A stretch of DNA of 64,000 bases from an uncultured Gammaproteobacteria bacterium (GTDB lineage Bacteria > Patescibacteriota > Microgenomatia > Levybacterales > UBA12049): positions 18,873 through 82,872 of the forward strand of contig CAYRJZ010000001.1 of the NCBI GenBank assembly GCA_964424775.1, written 5' to 3'. This document shows, piece after piece, positions 8,958 to 17,073 of the stretch. How positions within the stretch are numbered: the first letter of the stretch is position 1; every line of letters begins with the position of its first letter. The notes under the pieces were generated by a model. That model worked only from the letters and a program-made list of their open reading frames with translations. It had not been told where the DNA came from and made no database searches. Position numbers and translations under genes: made by a program.

Positions 8958-9430
8958 TGACTCTCAGGCTTCATAAGTTCTTATTAGCTGGAATATTTTT
9001 ATTTGCTTTACTAGTTATTATCTTACTTGTATTTATTAATTTCTCACCATCTTCTCAATCTCCTTCAACCTCACCTGCTCCCACTTCTTTACCGATTGAT
9101 GAGCGTGGAACATCACACATAAAAGCAACAAGTATTAATCCCCCAGAAGACACTTCAGGCACCACTATTCTTAATCCATCTCAAAAAATTGAATATACAC
9201 TAAATCAAGACTCAGTATCACCAAGTGAAGTTACTGTACGAGTTTCACCAACTATTCCTGTAAAAATAAGACAAAATACTGATGGGAAAATTGAAGTGTT
9301 TCCTGATCCTCCCTACTTCTGGAAGCCTGATGTTCTTTATAAAATCACACTGCTTGATAAGGACAACCAGGTAATTACGACCTACTCTATTAAAGTACCG
9401 CGTATAAAACTTCCAGAAGTTGTTGATTAA
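8957..9430 (+). CDS. hypothetical membrane-anchored Ser/Pro/Thr-rich protein
   Basis: N-terminal TM (LLAGIFLFALLVIILLVFINF) followed by a low-complexity S/P/T region. The start overlaps the stop of the upstream gene by 1 nt. Confidence 0.45.
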   Translation: MTLRLHKFLLAGIFLFALLVIILLVFINFSPSSQSPSTSPAPTSLPIDERGTSHIKATSINPPEDTSGTTILNPSQKIEYTLNQDSVSPSEVTVRVSPTIPVKIRQNTDGKIEVFPDPPYFWKPDVLYKITLLDKDNQVITTYSIKVPRIKLPEVVD

Positions 9431-10184
9431 TATGAAAAAATTGCTTGTTTCATCTTTATTTCTTTTATTATTTGGATCTTTCTTGACATCAATGGTAGAA
9501 GCTGCAACCACTTCAACCAGCTGTTTCACAACGAAAGTTGGTGATCCAACTGGTGACAAACCAGAACTTCCAGCAGAGTGCAATAGCGGAACAAGTGGCG
9601 GTGGTGCAGTTGGGCCATGTCAGGCAGCTCCTCCTGCAAATTTTACCAGCGAGGGAGAGTATAGAAAAGCTATTTCTGATAAATGGAGAATAAGTCTTTT
9701 TCTTCCTCTTCATCAAATGCAAAATGCATGGAAGGAATTTCATGAAATCGACTGTACTGGAATTCTCCAAGACATAAGTGGCTCTGTTGTGGGAAGCTGG
9801 GAAAATGGCTGGTCTGAGCAATTTTCATGCCCAGGCGATGATGGGGTCAATCTCTATATATCCAGTCAGTTTTCAGGGGAATGGGTCGAGACACATTTAG
9901 TGCATGAGTTAACTCACATTTGGCAAAATTGTAGCTCCAGAGGGGAATCGAACAGATTAGAAAATAACACTGCATATGATGCAGAAGGAGGAATCACTAA
10001 TTACTCACGAACAAAGTGTGGTTTTGATGTTGATGTGTATAAAGAAGATCATGCCGAATCAATTTCCCTCTACCTTAACCCTCAAAGCGGAGAGTCTACT
10101 TGTGCTACAACTAATGTAAATCCTTTTACGAATGGTGGATTCCCAGAGCATGCAAAAGCTGCAAGAAATGGAACAGGAAAATGA
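9420..10184 (+). CDS. secreted putative zinc metalloprotease (HExxH)
   Basis: Classical signal peptide (MKKLLVSSLFLLLFGSFLTSMVEAA), the zincin motif HLVHELTHIW and multiple Cys in the mature part (about 10). Confidence 0.5.
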   Translation: MLINMKKLLVSSLFLLLFGSFLTSMVEAATTSTSCFTTKVGDPTGDKPELPAECNSGTSGGGAVGPCQAAPPANFTSEGEYRKAISDKWRISLFLPLHQMQNAWKEFHEIDCTGILQDISGSVVGSWENGWSEQFSCPGDDGVNLYISSQFSGEWVETHLVHELTHIWQNCSSRGESNRLENNTAYDAEGGITNYSRTKCGFDVDVYKEDHAESISLYLNPQSGESTCATTNVNPFTNGGFPEHAKAARNGTGK

Positions 10185-10825
10185 AAAATAATAAATCTCT
10201 ATTATTTTTAGTTATACTTCTTGGAGTTGGAGTTATACTACTTCTTATTTTAATTATTTCATCATTTTTCAGTTCTCCCCAGAATACAAATGACAATGCA
10301 AATAGGCTTCCAACACCAGTTCGCAATACGACAAATCCAGATGATACTAAGTCTTTTGAATTTACCCCTCTTCAACGAACAATCATTGGTCAAACAAAGG
10401 ATGAGAATATTAAAAAATTAGAAAAAGTCATTTCAGAAAAAGAGCAAGATGGAATAAAGACATATATCACACAATCGTACATAAAACAGTACACGAATGA
10501 GATTCGAACAAAAAATGGCGTGGTTATTTTTGAAACTACACGAACTGAGATTTCATCTCCCCCTCCTCCTAAGTTAAATACTTTTCAAGATTTGTATGGT
10601 CAACCCGAACTTGTATTGGATAGTGTTTCTGAGTTAGGAAAACATGTTTCAGCGTATATTTATGCTAGTAAAGGCTTTACATTATTTGCTAATAGGTACA
10701 CCAAAACAGTGTATGATGTTCATAGATATCTTCCTATGAGCCTTAGTGAGTATCAAAAAGAATATTCTCGCTACCTTCAACCTGCCCCTCCCTATCCTCA
10801 GGAAAGACCAGACGCTGCGAATTAA
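10181..10825 (+). CDS. hypothetical membrane-anchored protein
   Basis: N-terminal TM (LLFLVILLGVGVILLLILIISSFF) and a 4-nt overlap with the upstream gene. Last gene of the plus-strand module, convergent with dnaN. Confidence 0.45.
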   Translation: MKNNKSLLFLVILLGVGVILLLILIISSFFSSPQNTNDNANRLPTPVRNTTNPDDTKSFEFTPLQRTIIGQTKDENIKKLEKVISEKEQDGIKTYITQSYIKQYTNEIRTKNGVVIFETTRTEISSPPPPKLNTFQDLYGQPELVLDSVSELGKHVSAYIYASKGFTLFANRYTKTVYDVHRYLPMSLSEYQKEYSRYLQPAPPYPQERPDAAN

Positions 10826-11931
10826 TTCTGTAACCTGATAGGCATTATGAGATGAAGAAATGATTCATTATCTTTTATCTTAAATACTCCTGGATTAAGA
10901 GGACCAGTCATCTCAAATGTCAGAATGTCTGAGGGTATATTTGATAAGACATCTAATAGATAACGAGCGTTAAAGGCGATCTCATTTTCCTCTCCCTCTA
11001 AATTAGCCTCAACATCAACAGTGTTATCACCAAGGGACGGATTTTTTGAGAGAACAACGATCTTATCACTCTTTAAGGAAAGTGTAATGATATTTGCAGC
11101 GTCTCTTGCAAAGATGGAACAAATCTTTACAGCTTTTAACAACTCTTCCCTGTCAAAAGCCGTTCGTGAGGCATGGTCAGATGGAATTATCTTTTCAAAA
11201 GGAGGAAATTCTGCTCCAATGAGACGACCAATAAGAAGTGTCTCTCCTAACTCAAATATAACTTGATTGCTTCCTTTTGAAACATGAATAGAGACAGTCT
11301 CTGCTTCATCTTTCATCGAAAGGACCTCGCGCATTACTCGTGCTGGAACGATGAGTGATTCTTCTGTTCCTGTTCTACCGTTCTGAAGGGAGAGATGTTT
11401 TAAAGAAAGTCTGTATCCATCAGTTGCAACTAAAAGAAACCCACTTGCTTCACTTCTTAAAAGTGTTACCGAGAGAGCAGGACGAGTAGTATCATTACTT
11501 GCTGAGAAAACGACCATGCCCGCATCTTTTTTCAGATCTGCAAACTGTACTGTTGCGAGAAGTTCTCCCTTTTCTTCATATAATTTAGGGAAATCTTCTT
11601 TTGCTAGTGTTTGAAATGAGCTTTTCGTTTTTTTACTCTCTACTATTAATGATCCATCAGTTGTTGTTAAGGTTACTGTCTCATGAGGAAGTGAGGAAAT
11701 AAGCTCGGTAAATGTCTTTGCAGGTATTGTGGTCCCACCTTCTTCATGAATCTCTGCTTGAACTGATGTATGAATTCCTATCTCAAGGTCAGTACTACTG
11801 AGTGTAACACTGCCATTCTTTGCTTCAATGAGAATATTAAGAAGTACTGGAAGATCGTTGCGACTTGAGATAGCGTGATTTAAGAATGTTAATTTTTTCT
11901 GGAGATTTTCGCTGGTAACGCTTATCTTCAT
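10822..11931 (-). CDS. dnaN: DNA polymerase III beta subunit (sliding clamp)
   Basis: Typical DnaN N-terminus (MKISVTSENLQKKLTFLNHAISSRNDLPVLLNILIEA), 369 aa with three-domain length, immediately downstream of dnaA. Confidence 0.9.
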   Translation of the reverse strand: MKISVTSENLQKKLTFLNHAISSRNDLPVLLNILIEAKNGSVTLSSTDLEIGIHTSVQAEIHEEGGTTIPAKTFTELISSLPHETVTLTTTDGSLIVESKKTKSSFQTLAKEDFPKLYEEKGELLATVQFADLKKDAGMVVFSASNDTTRPALSVTLLRSEASGFLLVATDGYRLSLKHLSLQNGRTGTEESLIVPARVMREVLSMKDEAETVSIHVSKGSNQVIFELGETLLIGRLIGAEFPPFEKIIPSDHASRTAFDREELLKAVKICSIFARDAANIITLSLKSDKIVVLSKNPSLGDNTVDVEANLEGEENEIAFNARYLLDVLSNIPSDILTFEMTGPLNPGVFKIKDNESFLHLIMPIRLQN

Positions 11932-12200
11932 ATATATCTATTAGATGTTGTAGTAGTGTATATGGAAATGTATAAATCTACCCCATAATACAATACTGTT
12001 TTAAGAAACGTCTCAAAAAACCAGGCTAATATGAAAAAACGGTACATCTATAAAAATATATAATAATTAATGAAAGCACGAGATATAGCCTGGGGATAAA
12101 TGTGGATAAGATGTTGATAAAAATGGGGATGAGTTAGGGATAACTCGACCATAAAAGTTATCCCTAAGTTTTACCCACGGATACGATTTGTTATCCCCTG
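11932..12200. promoter_or_regulatory. candidate oriC segment: AT-rich dnaA-dnaN spacer with clustered DnaA boxes
   Basis: TGTGGATAA at 12101-12109, TGGGGATAA at 12091-12099, GGGATAAC/GTTATCCC variants at about 12137-12165 and 12190-12197, and a highly AT-rich stretch at 11932-12080 that could serve as a DNA unwinding element. Confidence 0.5.
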
Positions 12201-13568
12201 GATATCCTCACTCACCTTAGCTTTATTCTCCACAAGTGATTCAATTTTATCCACACCATGCATAATCGTTGTATGGTCACGTCCTCCCAAGAGTCCACCT
12301 ATTTCTACATAAGTTAATCCCAACTCCTCTTTGAGAAGATACATAGCGACCTGGCGAGCTTTGACAAGATTGGCATCTCTCTTTGGTCCACGAAGTTGGG
12401 TTGGTTTTATTCCATAAAAGTCACAGACACCCTTAAGTACGTCCTCAGCATGGATATGCTCACGTTTCTCTTCCTGCATCAGTCCCAAGGCTCGTTGTGC
12501 CACTTCAATCGTTATATCTGATCCCATACTTGTTGCCTGTGTTATAACTCGAAGCAGGAGCCCTTCAAGGCTTCGTGCATCCTGAACGCGCTCAGCAATC
12601 ATTTTTGCAACATCAATTGGGAGTTGATGGCCATACTTCTCTGCTTTTTTGAGAAGGATAGCTGTCTTGAGTTCAAAGTCAGGAGTCTCGATATCAACTG
12701 TTAGTCCCCCAGCAAAGCGTGAAGAGAGTCTTTTCTCAAGTTTTTTTATCTCATGTGGTGGGCGGTCAGAGGAAAGGCAAATCTGCGCCCCATTATCAAT
12801 GAGAATATTAAAAGTATGGAATAACTCTTCTTGTACTCGATCCTTCCCTTCAATAAATTGAATATCATCAATAAGGAGAAGAACAGCTGAGCGGAACTTT
12901 CTCTTCATTTGAGAGGTGTTATTATTTCTAATTGCTTCAACGACTTCATTGGTGAATTCCTCACTTGTAATATAAATAATTTTTTTATCAGGTTGTTTGA
13001 GGTAGACTGAATTTGCAATAGCATGCATGAGATGAGTCTTCCCCACTCCAACCGGTCCGTAAATAAAGAGCGGGTTGTATGATGTCCCAATATGATCAGC
13101 AACTGTTGCTGAAGCAGTAAAAGCAAGCTGATTGCTACTGGAGACGGCGAAATTACTGAAGGTATAATCGGCACGTACACGCGGAAGGTGTCCAACAGCT
13201 ATTGTTTTTTGAGATGTAGTATGAGAAGTCATGTGAAGAGGCTGTGTTTCATTCTTTCCAGTAGGAGTGTTCGTAAATAAAGGACCTTCTTTCTCATCGC
13301 TAGAGGGAATGTGGGTAAATGTCTTCGTTGTAAAAAAAAGAGTAACGTCTTCTTTTGTGTGTTTTTCAAGTGATGCCTTAATATCCGCTTGGAAGCGTTT
13401 TTGTAAAAGATCGACAATCATTGTTGAAGGTGCGGCTATTGTTGCAATTTTATCTTCCCACGAAAGAAGCTCAGTGTGTTTGAAGAAAGTAACAAAACTT
13501 GCCTTTGACACCTTTTTTTCAAGATCTGATAATACATTTGTCCATAGTGTGGATAACTCAGATTCCAT
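12171..13568 (-). CDS. dnaA: chromosomal replication initiator DnaA
   Basis: AAA+ Walker A (GPVGVGKTHLMHAIAN) and the C-terminal DnaA-box-binding domain (DHTTIMHGVDKIE). The probable start is at 13568 (MESELSTLWTNVLSDL, a DnaA-like N-terminus); the track ORF extends to 13685 through DnaA-box DNA. Confidence 0.9.
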   Translation of the reverse strand: MESELSTLWTNVLSDLEKKVSKASFVTFFKHTELLSWEDKIATIAAPSTMIVDLLQKRFQADIKASLEKHTKEDVTLFFTTKTFTHIPSSDEKEGPLFTNTPTGKNETQPLHMTSHTTSQKTIAVGHLPRVRADYTFSNFAVSSSNQLAFTASATVADHIGTSYNPLFIYGPVGVGKTHLMHAIANSVYLKQPDKKIIYITSEEFTNEVVEAIRNNNTSQMKRKFRSAVLLLIDDIQFIEGKDRVQEELFHTFNILIDNGAQICLSSDRPPHEIKKLEKRLSSRFAGGLTVDIETPDFELKTAILLKKAEKYGHQLPIDVAKMIAERVQDARSLEGLLLRVITQATSMGSDITIEVAQRALGLMQEEKREHIHAEDVLKGVCDFYGIKPTQLRGPKRDANLVKARQVAMYLLKEELGLTYVEIGGLLGGRDHTTIMHGVDKIESLVENKAKVSEDIQGITNRIRG

Positions 13569-13717
13569 AAACGATTCCTTTTGCTGGATTTCCCAAAAAT
13601 TAGGGCAAGAAGCGGGATCTCTACAGGGCGTGTAGTAGTCAGTGTAGTAATGTGGATAACTGATGTCAAGAACGAAAATAGACATACTTTTCCTTTGAGG
13701 CCAAATATGATATACTT
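13540..13717. promoter_or_regulatory. dnaA upstream region with DnaA boxes and the rpmH/dnaA divergent promoter region
   Basis: TGTGGATAA at 13548-13556 and 13651-13659, within the AT-rich divergent region between dnaA and rpmH. Confidence 0.4.
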
Positions 13718-13726
13718 ATGAGTGAA

Positions 13727-13861
13727 ATGGAAAAATTTGTAACACTCAAAAAGGTTAAAAGACAGCGAAAACACGGATTTTTAGCTCTTTCCTCATCTCA
13801 TAATGGGAAAAAAGTTCTTCAGCGCCGACGATCAAAAGGAAGAAAATCACTTACTATCTAA
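13727..13861 (+). CDS. rpmH: 50S ribosomal protein L34
   Basis: Absent from the ORF track. Manual translation gives M(SEM)EKFVTLKKVKRQRKHGFLALSSSHNGKKVLQRRRSKGRKSLTI, which aligns along its whole length with the canonical L34 sequence (MKRTFQPS.LKR.R.HGFRARM.TKNGR.VL.RRR.KGRKRLTV). An alternative ATG is at 13718. Confidence 0.8.
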   Translation: MEKFVTLKKVKRQRKHGFLALSSSHNGKKVLQRRRSKGRKSLTI

Positions 13862-13862
13862 C

Positions 13863-14192
13863 ATGCTTCCTAAAGACTTTCGTCTTCCCGTTACTCCCTA
13901 CTCTCCGTTTACTCACACCTACAAAACACCTTTTTTCTTGTTAAAGATAAGAAGTAATAATAGTACGCGCTCTCGATTTGGATTTACGGTAAGTAAAAAA
14001 ATTGATACTCGAGCTGTTGTGAGAAACCAGTCAAGAAGAAAACTTCAAATGTCTCTCCACGAACTTCTACCACACGTAAAGCCAGGATATGATTTTCTTT
14101 TTATTGCCAGTTCTAATATAAAAGAATGTTCTATGGATGAACTAAAATTGTGTATAAATGATCTCTTCCAAAAAAATGATTTTCTTCAATGA
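13863..14192 (+). CDS. rnpA: ribonuclease P protein component
   Basis: Basic protein with RnpA-like motifs (FGFTVSKKIDTRAVVRNQSRRKL). The start is placed at the ATG 1 nt after the rpmH stop; the track start at 13803 overlaps rpmH. Confidence 0.8.
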   Translation: MLPKDFRLPVTPYSPFTHTYKTPFFLLKIRSNNSTRSRFGFTVSKKIDTRAVVRNQSRRKLQMSLHELLPHVKPGYDFLFIASSNIKECSMDELKLCINDLFQKNDFLQ

Positions 14193-14413
14193 AACGCACT
14201 TTCCTTTCTTTCATTCATTTTTATCAAGTTGTCATATCACCTCTTCTTCATCAAACTCTAGGTGTTCCACCGGGTGGAGGCTGTCGGTATACTCCAACAT
14301 GCTCTGAGTATGCTTCGCAGGTAATAAAAGAGTATGGTATACTACGAGGATCGATTAAGTCTCTCAAAAGAGTTCTTTCTTGTCAGCCTTTTTTCCATGG
14401 GAAACATATTTGA
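14189..14413 (+). CDS. yidD: membrane protein insertion efficiency factor YidD
   Basis: Cys-containing signature C-R-Y-T-P-T-C-S-E-Y-A, the expected size (74 aa) and the position between rnpA and yidC. Confidence 0.8.
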   Translation: MKRTFLSFIHFYQVVISPLLHQTLGVPPGGGCRYTPTCSEYASQVIKEYGILRGSIKSLKRVLSCQPFFHGKHI

Positions 14414-15218
14414 AGTTATCATCCTTGCCCCAATTACCAATCTCTTATTGGCAATTTACCAAGTAGTTCAGGCTACAGGTTTGCCGTATGGGCTTGGTTT
14501 TTCTGTCATTCTTCTGACTCTTGCTATGCGTTTTATCCTCGCTCCTCTTACCTCTCAGCAACTCCGATCCGCTCAGAAAATGCAGAGTGTGGCACCAGAA
14601 GTTGCAAAGTTAAAAGAAAAGTATAAAAATAATCCACAACGACTCCAAGCAGAAACAATGCTTCTTTATAAAAATAATGGTATTAACCCGGCCGCTGGAT
14701 GTCTTCCTGTTCTTCTGCAGCTTCCAATTCTCTGGGGATTATATTCAGTACTGCAGCATTTAGTAAAAGAAACATCAGTTGATGCTATCAATAAATTTGC
14801 TTATGCAGATTGGTTAAAGCTGACGACTCTTTGGGACACACATTTTTTTGGGATTCCCCTCGCAAAAACACCATCCGAACTTCTTCCTGTCCTTGGTTTC
14901 GGCATAGTTCTTCTTCCTTTCCTCACTGGATTTACTCAGTTCATTCAATCAAAGATGATGATTCCACATAAAGAAGAGGAAAAGAATGTCTCAAAGAAGA
15001 AAAAAGAAGTGAAAACAAAGACAGAACCAGATTTTGCTACCGCGTTTCAAACCCAGACTGTTTACATTTTTCCATTTATGATCGGGTTTTTCTCTTTTAC
15101 GTTTCCTGCTGGTTTGTCACTCTACTGGATAACTTTCACACTTTTTGGTATCATACAGCAGTATAAAATTCAGGGAGCGGGTAGTTTGACTCCTCATCTC
15201 TCTCGAATTAAAAAATAA
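14397..15218 (+). CDS. yidC: membrane protein insertase YidC/Oxa1 family (short form)
   Basis: Multi-TM protein in the conserved rnpA-yidD-yidC-jag context, with a basic C-terminal tail (KKKKEVKTKTE). The start is probably MGNIFEV at 14397. Confidence 0.8.
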   Translation: MGNIFEVIILAPITNLLLAIYQVVQATGLPYGLGFSVILLTLAMRFILAPLTSQQLRSAQKMQSVAPEVAKLKEKYKNNPQRLQAETMLLYKNNGINPAAGCLPVLLQLPILWGLYSVLQHLVKETSVDAINKFAYADWLKLTTLWDTHFFGIPLAKTPSELLPVLGFGIVLLPFLTGFTQFIQSKMMIPHKEEEKNVSKKKKEVKTKTEPDFATAFQTQTVYIFPFMIGFFSFTFPAGLSLYWITFTLFGIIQQYKIQGAGSLTPHLSRIKK

Positions 15219-15220
15219 GT

Positions 15221-15685
15221 ATGGCAGATTTGAATGAACAACAAATTATTAAAGAGGTTGTAGAAGACCTTCTTTCTCGACTTCAAGTGCAGGCTACTGC
15301 AGAGGTAATTCTTATAGATGAGGGGAATGGTGCAGAGGTCATTCTTGAGACTGAAGAAAGCGGTATCATTATTGGGTACCATGGTGAAATTCTTGAAGCA
15401 CTTCAGTTAATTAGCTCTCTTATGGTTTCACGAAAGTTAGATAGATTTGTTCGAATTTCACTTGAAGTTGGCGACTATAAGAAGAATAGAAGTGAGTATT
15501 TAGAGCGTCTTGCTATGCAAACAAAAGAGCGTGTGCTCGATGAAGGTAGGCCTCATACCCTGTCATCACTTAAATCTTGGGAAAGACGAATAGTTCACAT
15601 GCTTCTTCAAAACGATGACCAAGTCGTCTCTGAATCAATGGGTGAAGGAAAAGACCGTGTCCTGGTGGTCAAACCTCGCGAATAA
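15221..15685 (+). CDS. khpB: Jag/KhpB-like RNA-binding protein (KH + R3H domains)
   Basis: C-terminal R3H-like segment (SSLKSWERRIVHMLLQNDDQV) in the conserved position after yidC. Confidence 0.7.
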   Translation: MADLNEQQIIKEVVEDLLSRLQVQATAEVILIDEGNGAEVILETEESGIIIGYHGEILEALQLISSLMVSRKLDRFVRISLEVGDYKKNRSEYLERLAMQTKERVLDEGRPHTLSSLKSWERRIVHMLLQNDDQVVSESMGEGKDRVLVVKPRE

Positions 15686-16985
15686 TCCCACCTCTTCTCT
15701 ACTCTTACTTTATATTTTTCTTATTCCTGTTCAATTAAATCTTTATTTTTGGCCATCCTTCTCGTTTCTTGGAGGGTTGAGGAGTGATTTACTTGCTCCC
15801 TCACTCTTCGCAACTGATGTACTCTTTTTCCCTCTATTCATTCTCTCTTTTCCTCTTTTCCTTCAAATCTCATCGCGCATAAAAGTCATTCTTATTGGAT
15901 GTCTCACCTACTTTATAGTTATCTCATTAGTAGCTTCTTCTCCCCTCCTCTCTTTTTATGGAATTTTCAGATTATTTCAAGGAATATATCTGGGATTTCT
16001 ACTAGTTGTTTATTTAAAAAATCGTATCTGGAGAGAACATCTTAAAAACACAATAATGGCGAGTGCATTTTTTGTTATTATCATTGGTCTTTTTCAGTAT
16101 CTTTCTCAGCACTCTCTCGGGGGATTGTTATACTTTCTTGGAGAGAGAACTTTTTCATCTCAAACACCGGGAATTGCCAATGTCTCAGTTAATGGAAATC
16201 TCATCCTCAGACCATATGTCACTTTTCCCCATCCAAATGTTCTTGGAGGTTTTTTAGTAACAGTTCTTGTCTACATTTTGGCTATAACTCCAATAACGAC
16301 TCTTAAAAAAGAGAAGCTCACACTTCCTTTTCTTCTCCTTCTTTTTACGAGCATTCTTTTCACTTTCAGTCGTACTTCCATTCTTGTTGCTTGTGGGGTT
16401 ATTGGATATTACGTCGTGAAGGATTCTAAAAAAGGAGTTATTTTCCTTACCGTTCTCAGCATACTTCTTTTGCTTTTGTCTCTTCCTGGACAATATCTTT
16501 TTTCCAGCTCCCTTCTTGAAGAGTCATCACTGAAGAGAATATTTCTCTTTCAGTCTGCATGGATTCTTTTTACACAACATCCGTTTTTTGGAGGAGGAGT
16601 TTTTCATTTTCTTCCCTCCCTTCTTTCTTTCTCCCCTACTCTTCCTCTCTCCTTTCTCCAACCTGTCCACTCACTTTTCGCACTGATGCTTGTTGAGGTT
16701 GGGGTAATTGGAGTATTAGTGATCGTCTTTCTTTGCAAAACTCTTTTTACAAAAATTGAGGGAACTATTTTCTCTCGCCTCCCCTTTTTCTTGTTGCTTA
16801 TAGGGCTTGGCAGTATGGATCACTATTTATGGACTCTTCATCAAGGACACATGATTCTGGGACTGATTCTTGCTGGGATTTTTCACACAACAGGTAAAAA
16901 GGATCAAGTTCGGCGATCTAGTAAAGGAAATTACTCGAAAAGAACGAAAAAGCGAGTGTCGAAAATCTCGATTCCTCAGCCATAG
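15615..16985 (+). CDS. polytopic membrane protein, O-antigen ligase (Wzy_C)-like
   Basis: At least 10 predicted TM helices, with a Wzy_C-like stretch (LLFTSILFTFSRTSILVACGVIGYYVV). The track start overlaps jag by 70 nt, so the true start is uncertain. Confidence 0.5.
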   Translation: MTKSSLNQWVKEKTVSWWSNLANNPTSSLLLLYIFLIPVQLNLYFWPSFSFLGGLRSDLLAPSLFATDVLFFPLFILSFPLFLQISSRIKVILIGCLTYFIVISLVASSPLLSFYGIFRLFQGIYLGFLLVVYLKNRIWREHLKNTIMASAFFVIIIGLFQYLSQHSLGGLLYFLGERTFSSQTPGIANVSVNGNLILRPYVTFPHPNVLGGFLVTVLVYILAITPITTLKKEKLTLPFLLLLFTSILFTFSRTSILVACGVIGYYVVKDSKKGVIFLTVLSILLLLLSLPGQYLFSSSLLEESSLKRIFLFQSAWILFTQHPFFGGGVFHFLPSLLSFSPTLPLSFLQPVHSLFALMLVEVGVIGVLVIVFLCKTLFTKIEGTIFSRLPFFLLLIGLGSMDHYLWTLHQGHMILGLILAGIFHTTGKKDQVRRSSKGNYSKRTKKRVSKISIPQP

Positions 16986-17073
16986 TTCGAAAATTCCTCG
17001 AAATGGCTTTCAAACATATGAAATTGGTAGCACTCCTCCCCTTTCTCTTTGGTGTACAATAAGGATACTGCCT

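Noticed and set aside
12171-13685. Extended 504-aa DnaA start from the ORF track
   Set aside because: The extra 39 N-terminal residues overlap DnaA-box DNA and are not DnaA-like. The internal Met (MESELSTLW) gives a canonical DnaA N-terminus.
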